Origin: Camelus ferus
Taxonomy: Eukaryota
Direction: 5' to 3'
Assembly: GCF_009834535.1 (NCBI RefSeq)
Contig: NC_045696.1
Location: 14,634,001 to 14,698,000 of the forward strand
Length of the DNA stretch: 64,000 nt
In this document: in pieces, positions 39,705-52,097 of the stretch
Position numbering within the stretch: position 1 is the first letter of the stretch
Layout of the letters: each line of letters opens with the position of its first letter
Translations under genes and position numbers: made by a program
Notes under the pieces: model-generated
Seen by the model: the letters and a program-made list of their open reading frames with translations, nothing else
Told to the model about the DNA's origin: nothing
Databases searched by the model: none

Positions 39705-40849
39705 ATATTAGTTTTCCATCACTGTGCTACCAATTACCACAGATCTAATGACCTGAATAGCACAAAATTATTATCAGAAGGTGAACACGGTTTTCCCTGG
39801 GCTAAGGTCAAAGTATTGGCAGGCCGCATTCTGCTCTGGAGACTCTAAAAGAGGATCTGTTTTCTTCATCTGTTTCCTCATTCAGATTATTGGCAGAATT
39901 CAATTCCTTACTAATCTTGTAGGACTGGGTTTCCCATGTCCCTGCTAGCTCTTAGGTGAGGGCCATTTCCAGCTTCTAGAAGCCACCTAGAATCTTCAGC
40001 TGCTGGTCCCTTCTCTCCATCTTCCAATCAGCAACATCATGTCTTAGCATTCTCATTCTTCAAAGCTTTTCTCTATTTTTTACCCCCGTCTCATCTCTTC
40101 CAAACCAGCCAGAAAAGAATCCCTGCTTTTTAGGGATCATGTCAAAGGGTGACAGAATAGGCCATTCCAAACTATGCCTCTTAGCATGAGGATTATTTTG
40201 CACTGAATATTTTCAGAAGTAATAAAGGAGAACCTCTGAAAATGGGGTAGAAGTTACCCTTCTGTAAGGTAAGTTTGCATTCATAAAGGAAATCTCCATC
40301 TGTCAGGGTGTTTCTCTCTCTGTACTAGGAAGAGAAGGATGACTAACTCACGCGAATCTGATCAACCTTATGGACAGAGAAGTCGCTGGCTTAAAAAGCG
40401 TAACAAACCTTACTCTTGTTTATGGTAATTTCTTGATCATGTCCCTTAACTGGCAGCCTTCACACCCTTTTCTCTTTTGTCTTTTGCTGAAACGATATTT
40501 AAACCTGAATTCTAAGCCACTCCTGAGGGTTCTTTATTTTTCCCTGAGTATCTCCCATGGATACATGAGGTATTCATGCAAATAAACTTCTATTTGTTTT
40601 TCTCCTTGTTAATCTGTCTTTTGCTTGCAGGGTTTACAGCTTCGAATTTAGTAGAATAGAGGCATTTTTTTTTTTCTTTTTCCTACAATGTCATTAGATT
40701 GTGCCCACTAAAATAATCCAGGATAACCTCCCCATTTCAAAAACTTAATTATATCAGCAAAGTACCATTTCATGTAAAGTGATATATTCACAGATTCTGG
40801 TGTTTAAGGCATGAATATCTTTGAAGGGGCTATCATTCTCCCTAATACA
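39705..40849 (-). mobile_element. MLT1D/E-like MaLR LTR, interrupted by a MER34-like LTR
   Basis: atattagttttccatcactg...ctgggctaaggtcaaagtattggcagg...ttccagcttctagaagccacc, and after the insertion attagattgtgcccac...aatccaggataacctccc...tattcacagattctgg...ttctccctaataca. Confidence 0.85.
40143..40687 (+). mobile_element. MER34-like ERV1 solo LTR nested in MLT1
   Basis: cagaataggccattccaaactatgcctcttagcatgaggattattttg start; aataaacttctatttgtttttctcc...CCTACA end; ATGT TSD (40139-40142 and 40688-40691). Confidence 0.85.
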
Positions 40850-41410
40850 GGCTGTCAAAAGATGCTAATTTCTCAGAGAAGCAGATGGGTTTGATGAAGG
40901 CATAGAATTTCTGAGGGAAAATACTGAGGCTATCATTATAATGGACAATCATTAGTGTATTACTCTCCCAAGAGTGTAAACATTATTGTTTTCTAAGCAA
41001 AGAGTTATATAATCAGTATAAAGTTTATCTGTCAATAGTGATGGGTACCAAATAGTATTTATGAAAGAAATAATTTGTACAATCTGCAGTTTAAAGTAAG
41101 AGAAGGGGATTTTTTGTCATTGTAATTTTTTATTATATTACCCTTTTAGTTTTGTCTGCATCCACTAATTAGCTACTCTAGACTCTGGGTCTACACAAAA
41201 TAACATAAGCAGATGCCATTAGAGCTAATAAGTGTATTCACACGTGAATAAACAGACTCTCAGTCCCCATGGATTGTTTATTTCTTAAACTCACATTGTA
41301 TGGACTTATGATGAGCTATGTAATTAGATGATTTAATTCACAAGAAACTTTTTTAAATTTTTTAACCTACTTCTCCACAGTTCAGGAAAGATATAAGAGG
41401 AATATTATTA

Positions 41411-42022
41411 TGTGGGAGCCCATGATTGGGTTAACAAATTGTAACAGATCCCAGCTGCTTATCTCCTTAAAGAAGATGTGCTTAGTAACTGCCTTGAGGT
41501 TTTAGCAATGACCCAGGCCCCTGGCTGGGCGTGCCTGCTGTTAATCTTCTATCCCCAAAACAGCCTTGGGCTGGAATGGTAAACAACTTATAGTAAGCTG
41601 CAGACTCAGAGGTGAGAAGGCCGGTTAGCCAGTGACGGGTAGGATCCCCTGAGGGGGGCAACCTAAGATAGGCACAGCCTCCTGAGTCCAAGTTGTTAAG
41701 CAGCTGATTTTCATCCATTCCACCCTGATAAGCTGAAAGGCTCAACAGGAACTTGATTCACCAAAAAGGGTCTTCTGACCTTGAGCCAAACACCAACAAT
41801 AAACAAAGCCTTTGTACTCATTGTGATCCCACCCTGTCCTTCCCTAAATTCCTGCATTCCTCCTTTGACTGTACTCAATAAATATGGGAGATTTGAGAGG
41901 CTCGTCGAGTTGGCTCCCGACTCCCTCTCGCTCTCTTGACTTTTCCACAGTGTCTTGAGTAATTCATTCCATCTCAGTGGGACTTCTGCTGGCCAGAACC
42001 CACAACTGGTGACGAACCCACA
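41411..42022 (+). mobile_element. ERV2/ERVK (betaretrovirus-like) solo LTR
   Basis: TGTGGG...CCCACA inverted termini; 6-bp TTATTA repeat (41405-41410 and 42023-42028); CTE-like motif in U3. Confidence 0.88.
41603..41688 (+). promoter_or_regulatory. CTE-like (NXF1/TAP-binding) RNA export hairpin, half-element
   Basis: AGCCAGTGACGGGTAG...CAACCTAAGATAGGCACAGC compared with the recalled MPMV CTE motifs AGCCAATGACGGGTAA and CAACCTAAGACAGGCGCAGC. Complementary arms present. Confidence 0.7.
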
Positions 42023-42379
42023 TTATTACAAATAGGTAGGTGAGTTACTACTCCCTGTGTACAAAACACATACTTAAAAATTTAGATGCTGAGATGCCTT
42101 GTAAAAAAAATCCTTTTCAAATTTCATTAATTTATTTGTGAGAAAAATCCTGAGCATATCCAGTATAATATGCACATGGCTGAACTCTACAGATAGAATT
42201 ATCAACAAGGTAAAAGCAAGCACGTATGATATTTTGATTTTTTTCATGCCTTATTTCAAAAAATATTTTAAGGAAACATATGACTTTGAACTATTTACTG
42301 AAGGACACTAATATAAATACAATGTAAATGCTGCCAAGATTTCCAGTTTGGAAAACAGTAAATGATAATGTTAAATAGT

Positions 42380-43440
42380 AGGAAAAAAACCTACTATAGT
42401 ATATAAACATGATGGAGAGATACAATCTCACATCTTCGGAAACACATCAGACAAAGCAACAAAGCTGCCTGAAGTAGTTGTGCAAGGCTTCTCCAAGGCT
42501 GTGGCATTTCATCTGTCTTTAACAACTGCAGAGAGGTAAGTGAACATAATGCATGCATGATGCGAGAAGAGGATTCTAAAAGCATCAGACAACAAAAGAG
42601 CTCTCAGAAATGTCATGTATGATACAAAGGAAACACTCAGTTGAAAGACTGGAGGACAAAGTTCAGGAAATCTCACACTATGTGAAGTACAAACTTGAAA
42701 GATTTAAATTATCAAAGAGGAAGAATTAGAATGTTTTGAGATCAATCAATCCAGAAGATTCGATAATCAAATGACTGGATTTTCAGAGAGAAAATAGAGA
42801 AAGTAATGAGAGACAGTTATCAAACCACTGAGGACAATTCCCAAGAATTGAAGAACAGATAAAGGCTCCAGATAAAAAGGGTCTATGAAGAACCCAGTAC
42901 AACAGTTGAAAATAGATATAGATTAAGCCAGATTTTGAAGCTTCAGAAAAGTGGGAAGAAGAGAAAAGCCTAATAGCTTCCAGAGAGAAAGAACAAGCAC
43001 ATTCAAGGTTAGCCAATGTCACTTGCATTTCAAAAGAAACATTAGAACCAGAATACTACAGTGAAAGAATGTCTTCTAACCACAGGGGTGAAGGAAGATT
43101 TACTTTCTTTCTATGGTACTATGCCCTGCCTAATTCTCACCAAAAGTGAAAGTAAAATGGGGACATTAAAAGACACCAGATCAATAACTTCAAAATTCCT
43201 AAGGAAAATTATTTCTAAACTAGAATTCTCTACTTTGCTAAATAATTGTTCACATTTAAACTTAGAATGAAAACTTTTCCATATACATAATTTATAAAAC
43301 TAAAACAAAAATCTTTCTTGCATTCTTTCTTGCAAAGCTCTGTGAGGTTGTGCCCTGCCAAACAAGGGAACAAAACATGAAAGGAAAAGACAGATTCAAT
43401 GAAAATGGTGATCTAATACAAGACAGGGACTAAAAGCATG
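42380..43440 (+). mobile_element. Decayed HAL1/L1 ORF1-region fragment
   Basis: ggaggacaaagttcaggaaatctc...gacaattcccaagaattgaagaac...aaattcctaaggaaaattatttctaaactagaattctctac resembles ORF1-coding DNA. Confidence 0.6.
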
Positions 43441-43451
43441 AAGTCTACAGG

Positions 43452-43580
43452 ATTCACTCAGCAATTCAAAAATTATGTATTAATTATTTTCTCTGCTCCA
43501 GTTACTATTGTGGATGCTCTAGATATATGAGTGAACAAAACAGGAAAAAAGGTCCCTACCCTGATGAAACTTACATTATA
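43452..43580 (-). mobile_element. L2 3' end fragment
   Basis: attcactcagcaattcaaaaattatgtatt...gtgaacaaaacagg...gtccctaccctgatgaaacttacatt. Confidence 0.65.
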
Positions 43581-44506
43581 TTAATTGCTAAAATAATAAT
43601 GATGGGAAATTCCAATATGAGTGTTGTGCAGAGGGCTGAGAAAGAGATAAATCCTCACTTTCCAAAGTGGAAGTAAACAGACAACGCTAAGTTTATGCTG
43701 TTTAAGTTGTGAAGATAAATATTAAAATAATTAGTTAACATGGTTGAAAATGGAAAGAGATGAGGTGACTCAGAATATTGCTGTATTAATTTTTTTTTTT
43801 TAGAAAAACAAAACTCTAGTTCTATTTGAATCAAAATTATGTACTTATTCTGAGAAAAATAAAAGTTAATTAAACATGAGAGAGAGTGAGAAATCTTTGA
43901 CATAAAGGTCAAAGGCAGGCAAACAGAAATTTCAAAGGATGAAAGATGGTCAGAAGTGCAAAATTCAATAGAGAAATCCAGAAGGATCCAGAGGTCCTCA
44001 GACCTCAAGGACATTAGCTAAAGGATCGTCATATATTCAGAGACTTTACTGCTTACTTTGTCAACTGTCATCAACGGGACACAAAGGTCCCAAGCCACTT
44101 CCTTTGATGGTTAAGCATTCTCTTCAATCAGATTTTATTTGCTATTGAGTTTAAGACTTTTGACCTTTAAAATTTAACTCCTTTGCAGTTAAACCTTGAA
44201 TTTTCATGCAACATAGCAGTAAAAAGTTTTGTAAACAAAAGACTAAAATTTTTCACTTAGCTAATAAAGTTGACCTGAATAAGATGAACTTTTTGAAAAA
44301 AAATACAGATGAGAGCAGTTTATATTGTACCCAATTCTCCTTTCTATTCAAGACTAAAATAAATCTGTATTTTAGACCTATGGTATCCTAGATTGTCATC
44401 ACATTTTATCTACTAGAATTTACAGAAAGTGTAGTCACCCTGCACAAATAGTTTTTCCAGATGTACACCACAGAGGTAGTGTACATCTGTTTATTATTCT
44501 CACTTA

Positions 44507-45089
44507 TGAAAATATCCAAATCTTCTAAGGATTTTTTGCTCCAGGCGAAAATTCTATGTGTGATCTTTCTGGTCCAACCATAGGCAATTGCAAAGGCTTC
44601 GCGGTGAAAGCTGCCCTCCCCAAACAGACCCAGTGCACAGCTAGTGCACAGCCAGTGCGTTGTGTGGAGAGAACGGAAGTCAAGGGTTCAGCATTCCCAC
44701 TCCCAGGACAGTCACGCTGAGAAACCTGTCTGGATCCTAACATAAGTGCCTCCTCTTGGGGGTCTCACTGGGACATCTTGATGCAGCCATTTTTATCCAC
44801 TCTGATTCAGTACTTTCCCACTCCCTAGCCCTTCCCCTCTTTCTACTTTTGGCTCCCTAGGGTGTATAAAATGGCAGAGACTTTTGTTCAGGGCTCGTCA
44901 GCAGGGAGAGGACCCCCCCCCCTACTTATGTTGCCTGTAATCTGGCTCTTCTGGAGTTCTTCTGTGGGGAAACATGGAACATTAGGGAAGCTGGCACTTT
45001 TCTTTTTCTTTTCCTCTTGCCTGACCCATTGCTTATGTGTTATTTGCAGCTGGACATATTGTCCTAATTGACCGCCTGGACACCTAACA
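44507..45089 (+). mobile_element. MER74-like ERVL solo LTR
   Basis: tataaaatggcagagacttttgttcagggctc and ggggaaacatggaacattagggaagctggcac match recalled MER74. Ends CTAACA; possible 5-bp TSD actta/acttg; left boundary less certain. Confidence 0.7.
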
Positions 45090-45569
45090 ACTTGACATCT
45101 TTCTTACTTTAATAGCTAGCGTATAACTGAATACTTACAGTTTAAAAAATAGAGGCTAAACATATTCAAATGTTTTAAAAGTCCTTCAAATGAATTTTCA
45201 AATTTCCACATTTATAAATTTGTATGGATTTATCATTATTAGGAATTATCTTTTTTCCTCCCTACTATGGTGATTCCAAAGTAAAATAATTATGTTATTA
45301 TGTAAATATTATGATAATTATAATATCATATAATTAGTACAACTAAAGTAAGCATTTTAGCAATGTGACAATACTGGCAATTAAACTTTTGAGTACTTCA
45401 AGATTATATATTTTCCATAAAACTTCTTCAAGCTATGTATTTTTTCTTGAATATTAAAAATAAATAAGACCACATTTTCCTCTCTTGTGAGGACACAGTT
45501 TGGATAGCAAGCAGTGTCAAGAGTTGGATTTTTCAAAGTTTTCCTCAAAATTTGAATACTTATTTTTGT

Positions 45570-45760
45570 GGAGTATGCATGCTTATCTTGTGCCATTCAC
45601 TGTACCTTCCATATATTAATTTATATGATTCTCTCAATAACCTTTTTATTCCCATTTTAGAGATGAAGAAACTATAGCTCCAACAACTTAAGTAATTTGT
45701 TCAATCTGTACCACACAACTAGTAAGTTGAGGGAACAGGATTAGTCTGAATTAAGTTATT
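45570..45760 (-). mobile_element. MIR SINE
   Basis: ttattcccattttagagatgaagaaact...aagtaatttgttcaa...cacacaactagtaagt. Confidence 0.75.
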
Positions 45761-45824
45761 TTTCCAAATTCTTAAAAAAAACCAAGAAAATAAAAAAAAA
45801 AAAAGTATTAGTAGAGTTATATAA

Positions 45825-46690
45825 ACTTAGTATTTAGAAAGGACTTTAAAACAATTTATTATTTATTCAATTTGGGGATAACTTTATTAAAATTCTCTTT
45901 GAAAGTTTATTCTGCCTCTTTTGAACACTTCCAGGGATGAAAAATTTACTACCAGCCAAGGCTGTTCATATCATGTTTCTCATCTCCAGGTCTCTCTAAT
46001 TTTTAAATTTCTGTTAATGATTTCAGTTCTTTTTGTCTTAGATCAACAGCATCCCTGGAGGCTATAGAGGACACATATAATGTCTTTTTTACATGACACC
46101 TTTTCATATGTTTGGAGATATTTGACTTCACTCAACACCCTGATCTCTTTCTTCTGAAAATGATTCAAGGTGCCTATACATCCTTTGAGGTGCTTCATGT
46201 AAAACTAATATTTCTAACATCACAGGAGGAGAGGTGAGTGGACCATCAATTTCTGTTTGGTTCTATTCATTTTTTCCATAAAAGTCAGACCACATTGTTC
46301 ATATTATATTGAAATTGCTGTCAGATATAACTTCTGAGTCTTTTTCATCTACCCCACTACTCATTTATATTAGCCTTCTCTAGTACCTTTGAAATTGGTT
46401 TTGGAGATCCAGATGCTTCAATATAATTTCCTCTTGTTAGGATCGTTTTATTGCTCTGGTCTACTAAGACATTGTTGCATCCCAACTTGGTCATCCAATT
46501 TGGATGCTTTCCCTTATGATTTGGGGGTCCTCCATACACTTGATAAACATGTACATGAGGTCTTCAGCTAAGCCAGTGAAATGAAATCCTGAACAATATA
46601 AAGCTGAATCCTTTGGAATATCCTCCTGTACATTTTGGACACTATTACCCACATATCATACAAATACTCTTCACATAGTGATTATGAGTT
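45825..46690 (-). mobile_element. L3/CR1 LINE fragment
   Basis: tgcctctttttgaacacttccagggatgaaaaatttactaccagccaaggc and cccaacttggtcatccaatttgg resemble L3 in antisense. Confidence 0.55.
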
Positions 46691-47399
46691 GAGGTCTACA
46701 CCAGTCACATGGGATACACCTGAACAATATAGACATGGTCTCTTCCAACAGGAAGTTATAGCTTAGCTTCCATTTCCTGCAAAAACATTTTTCCTTTCAG
46801 ATTCAAATAGATTTATTAATAATTAATTTTTAGATAAGATCATTAAACTGGGTACTAATTTACCCAATTATACTATAATTCAGTCTGAACTCTGCATCTT
46901 AGACCTCAAAATAAGAGATGTTGTAGCTTACCAAAGTTACTGAAAAAGGTATAGTCCATATTTTTAAGAGTTAATGACTCTTTAAAAAGGAAACATGTTT
47001 AATCTTGTATGGCTTATACTCATTCTGAATCTATTTTTGTGACCCACTTCTGCTTTTGAAGCCACATGTGTTTTTGTCCTTTTGTTAGGTAATATTTCAT
47101 TACCTGACCCAAGTAAATATAGTAACTTATCACCTTTTGGCCTAGAGCATAACATAAAAGCATTTTATTTGGTTGTAATACTGTTTTTGTTTTGTTTTGG
47201 TTTGGTTTTCTGTAAGCCCTTTGTGTGATTTTGGCATTTTAACTTTCTTGCACTTACAGGTTCATGCACTTCCTTAAAACATTCAATTGGTTTTTGAAGT
47301 GTTAGTCCTGTGGGACAACTCTTAACTTTATATGAAAAAAGAAAGAGACTGAGAAAAATTAATCTGCATACAGTGTACGAGGAAGTTGTAATTCAGCTT

Positions 47400-48400
47400 A
47401 GTTAACACTAAATTATAAACTATTCAGGCTATTAGTCTTCAAGGTAAGGAAAACATTTATCAAGCATCTAGTGTAGAGAAAGAAAATGCCAACAAGGAGA
47501 AAAATCAGATAAGACCCATACATTCTCTGTACCGGTATGTTGTTCCTAAAGACACTGGAGCAATGTCTACAAGTTCAAAAGGAAAAGGCGTGTGACCCAA
47601 TAATTTTATATCCAGCTAAAATATCTTTCAAGTAGAAATAGAGCATGGAGACATTTGAAAACATGAAAAACCCAGAGATATGACTGATAAGGAATAAACA
47701 TTTTGAATATAGAAAGTCTTAAAAATTATCACTGAAGAAAATCTATTCCCCTTATAAAAAAGACTAAACATCCTTGAAGAACACAATAATATAAAAATTA
47801 AACATAAGTTAGTGTAAACATAATATTATGTCTTACAAAGGTTGGGATATAGGCAGATGAGGGATTGAAATATGTGACATGCTAAAGTTTTCCTCATTTG
47901 TAGCAGGGAGTTAATAAATTTCATAGACTGGAAACCTGTGACGTAAAGCTATTGTTTAATAACTCTTAATCTTTTGAGTAAAATATCTTCTTAAATCCCA
48001 GGTTTTTTGTTTGTTTATTTGTTTGTTTTAATATATAATAGCACTGTGGCAAGGCAACATTGTTTTGAACTGCAATACTGTATTTATGTTTTATTTTCAA
48101 TATTTTTATTCTTAAAAAATAAAATTTAATTTAATAAATTTACCTTAATGCTTTAATGATAAGTTGCCATTTTCTTAAAAAGTTTCTGTTTTTTTTTTTT
48201 TTTTTTTCATTTTCTGCATATCTGTATATAAGCATAGAGGAATATCTGAAATGAAGTTCACTCATAGTTAATGTTTATTTCAGCATGGAAAGATTTGGAG
48301 TGATTGTTATATCTTCTTTTTTTATGATTATGCATTTTTTGAAGTCTTTGAAATCAATGTGCAATATATACATAAAAATAATAGAATGATAATTAAAAAT
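47400..48400 (+). mobile_element. HAL1/L1ME fragment (ORF1 C-terminal region and 3' end)
   Basis: ggagcaatgtctacaagttc...gtgacccaataattttatatccagctaaaatatctttcaag resembles the end of ORF1 (ILYPAKISFK). Confidence 0.6.
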
Positions 48401-48462
48401 ACAACTGGAAGCGAATCTCACTAGAAGATAACTGGGTCAATTCTTTGTGGTAGAAATATGCG

Positions 48463-48925
48463 TGTGTTGGGTTTTCTTATTCTGCTCTCTGACCCCAATC
48501 TACCTTCTGTCGATGCTTTTCTTTCTGCACTGGGAAGCTGATTCTTTAGACTGTGGTACCCGCTTTCTTACCATTTGACATCAGATTGCTAGGTTCAGCC
48601 AATGGGGGCACTGTTTGGGGAATCACAGGACAAGAAGGAAGGTTGGAATATTTGTTCCCCACTCCCTACCATGTTTGGCAGCATTTCCTGTTAGTGTTTG
48701 GTACCATCCATGACTGCAGCTTCCATCAGACAATCCCCTACTGTAAGCCTTCCCTTCTTCTCAGCTCATTTTACCTTCCTTTGTCATTCAGGCTTAAGGA
48801 TGACAATGGCTCCCCACTGTGGCTAACCTCTGGGTTTCTCAATACCCATTGTCCATGCCTTTATCTGGTAAAGTTGTTTGAACTATCTGAGCTGGATTCT
48901 GTTTCCTGCAGGACTGATGGAATAA
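48463..48925 (+). mobile_element. LTR33-like ERVL LTR
   Basis: ctgcactgggaagctgattc...ctaggttcagccaatgggggcactg...aggcttaaggatgacaatggctccccactg...ctgtttcctgcaggactga. Confidence 0.7.
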
Positions 48926-50984
48926 ATAATAAATGTCATTACATTTTGTATTTTTTCTAATACTTTAAAATAAAAAAAAGAATTACAGAAATAGCATAAA
49001 TTTATTGTGACAGGCTGTAGGTTTTCACTTTAACACTGGAGTTGTGTAAACATGACTCAGTTGTAGGGCACAAAAATGAAAGCTTTTATAGTACATAGCA
49101 AAAAATATTTTACGCACATAAATAGAGCATTTACAAAACTTTTTATGTAAGTACTTCATTGTGCAAGCAGGTCAGAAAAGTTTATTTATTGATTTCACTT
49201 TAAAGTGCTACTACTGCTTATTATTGTTTTTATCATGCCATAGGTGAGATAAAGTGGGGTGAAATTTTGCTTGGCCAATTAGGCATTCTCTGGTGTACAA
49301 TACCTGGTTACTTAATCTACACAGAGTTCTACCAGGATGTTGCTTCTAAGTGAGTTTCACCTCTAATATCAGGAACTTTCGTGAATGCTATAGTGAGTCT
49401 ATACATACTGAAATATTCCAGATAAATTGGCAGGAGGTAACACTGAATGGAACATACTAGTCTTCACATCCAGCCCTTCCCCCACTGCCATCAAGCCCTT
49501 TTCCCCTTTACCTCTTAAAGGTTTTGAATTCAGCTGGGATTTTAGGTAACTGCTGGGAAGTATTAAAACTCATTATTTGGTTGACCAGAATATTTGCCCT
49601 CTCTTATTTTCCAATAATGCTCTCTGAATGGTTTCCTTAATACTTTTAAAAGATGTGTGGCAGGGCAGCAGAGTGCAACATGGGACAGGAATTATAGTTA
49701 TCGTTTCAGATGAGGTGTGTTGAAAGAGTTCAGGATGACGCAGTTGGCAGCTTTCAGGGCTTGCTTCCTTATTATTACCATCTGTGTCAACTTGGAACCT
49801 CCATTACAGAGAGGACAAGAAAAATGAAGCTGTGGCTGCATTGCGGGGAGTTTTTACTTATTTTTCATTACGATTGACCTTGATATACACACTATGTAGG
49901 TGAATGAAACTGAAACATTATCCCAAGCTTTTGCTGGATATCACTTGCAGCTATCTACATATGCAATTCATATTTAAAAACTTTCCTCCCGTACACAATT
50001 TTCTTACATGTATTTCTTTAGAGAAACAGTAATAGTGATAATAAAAATATATCACTTTCTTTGTGGAACCTGGTGAATTTGCAATATAACCTTTCTAGCA
50101 AATATATTATTACTTGCAAAAAAAATGTGGTTCATTTTTATAACAACGCATGTTGGCAGTGGAAATGAACAAAGAACAAGTATTGTGCAGCCTATATGAA
50201 GTGCTTGGAATACTGAACTATTTGGAAGAAACCTGACTTATTTCAGGGAATCTATGTAGGTCAGAATCAACCACAAAATGAAGAAAGCAAAGAAAATGCT
50301 GAGAGTCAATATTTAGGTTTCTCATGTTGGGTTTATAAGCAAATGACATCATTTAAAGCCTTTATTGTAAGAGAACACTGAAAAACATCAAATGCATATA
50401 TAAGTCATAGGGATTTAAAAAACTAAACTGAGCAGTTTATTCTTCTGGACAATACATACTAAATCATTTTTATAGAGTAAGAGCAGATTAAGACTTTTTT
50501 TTTCAGCACCAGATGATAGGAAGTACCATTTCTTATATGAGAAAGGTATGAAATTTAATATCAGAAACATACTACAGAAGCTTATTTATATATATTTACA
50601 TTTAGTTTGAATAATCAATAAAAGAGTACATTTCTTATTACAGAATATGGACCCAGTGATCAATGAACATTTTTACTGATAATAAGAAGTCCTGAACAGA
50701 GACTGTTAGATATTAACTATTAAAACCAGGTTCACCTAAATAAGAAATAGCATTAAAACTCAGATGTGTAAACACATACAATTTAATTGCTGTTATTCCT
50801 GGCATGATGTATCCCTTGATAAATCAAAACAGTTAACAAGGAGTCCCATTTCATATATGAGAGAATTCAGCATTGAGATCAAAGAGATAGTTGAAAGACC
50901 CTTGAAGAGTCAACAAGATCTCTCTCAGCATTGAATCCCACTATCGCTTATGTCTGAAAATTCTGCAATGTTTTATGGCTCTTT

Positions 50985-51376
50985 TATTTTTTTAATTTAC
51001 TTTCTTATTGAAGTATAGTTGATTTACAGTATTATATTAGTTTCAGCTGTACAACATAGTGATTCAATACTTTTATAGATTATACTCCATTTAAGGTTAT
51101 TATGGAACAATGGCTATATTTCTCTGTGCTATACAATATATCCTTGTTTCTTATTTACTTTATGCATAGTAGTTTTTGCTTCTTAATCTCATACTCCTAT
51201 CTTGCCCTCCCGCAACTGATAACCACTAGTTTATTCTCTATATCCATGAGTCTGTTTCTATTTTGTAAAATACATTCATCTGTTTTGTTTTTTAGATTCC
51301 ACATAGAAGTGATAATAAAGTATTTTCTTTTTCTGACTTATTTCACTTAGTATAGTACTCCTTAGGTCCATCCACG
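50985..51376 (-). mobile_element. 5'-truncated artiodactyl-type L1 3' end
   Basis: T-tail, then attgaagtatagttgatttac...tacaacatagtgattca...tctctgtgctatacaatatatcc...tttagattccacat...tctgacttatttcacttag...aggtccatccac; TSD atggctcttt / atagctcttt. Confidence 0.9.
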
Positions 51377-52097
51377 CATAGCTCTTTCAATGAAAAATCA
51401 AGGAAATTCCTGAAAATTCACTCACAAAAATCATCAAAATTTTAAAAATGTCTATTTTGTACTAAATATAAATTCTGCAAGTGTGGAAATAAATCCTGGT
51501 AGGAATGCTGGTTGAGTTGAAGATGTGGTTTGGATAAACTATTATATGAAGAATGTAATCATATAACATCTCCTTCCCAAGATATCAATGGATTCATTTA
51601 TTGTTTTGATTTTTTTTTTAATGGAGACTTTCAGTCTATGAGAGGTATGAATCCTATCCTTCTGACATACACTTTTTCTCAGATGAACATAAAAGGCTGG
51701 ATCCAATGGAAGGCAGCATGAAGGGGGAAAAGAATGAGAAATTTCCTAAGGAAAAAAATAAGAAAGATTCTGGAAATAAAGGTGTATGAAAAAGTCTTAC
51801 ATGTAAGAAGAAAACAGCAGTTTGAAGCTACATATAGTAAGTTTGTACTTGAGTTCATTCTCAACTTTTTATATGCCCCTAGAAACCCATGGAATCCCTT
51901 TGAAATACAAACTATAGCAGGAAGGTACATCAGGCATTACAGGCTACATGAGTAGATAGAAGATTGCTCAAATAATATCTGAGATTAAAGATTCCTCACT
52001 GCACCAAGCGTTAGGCTGAATAAGAGAGACATTGGTTGGGTATAATTTTAAGGGACAGGAATTGGATGATAAAATAATTTAATCACCAAATTCCAAT

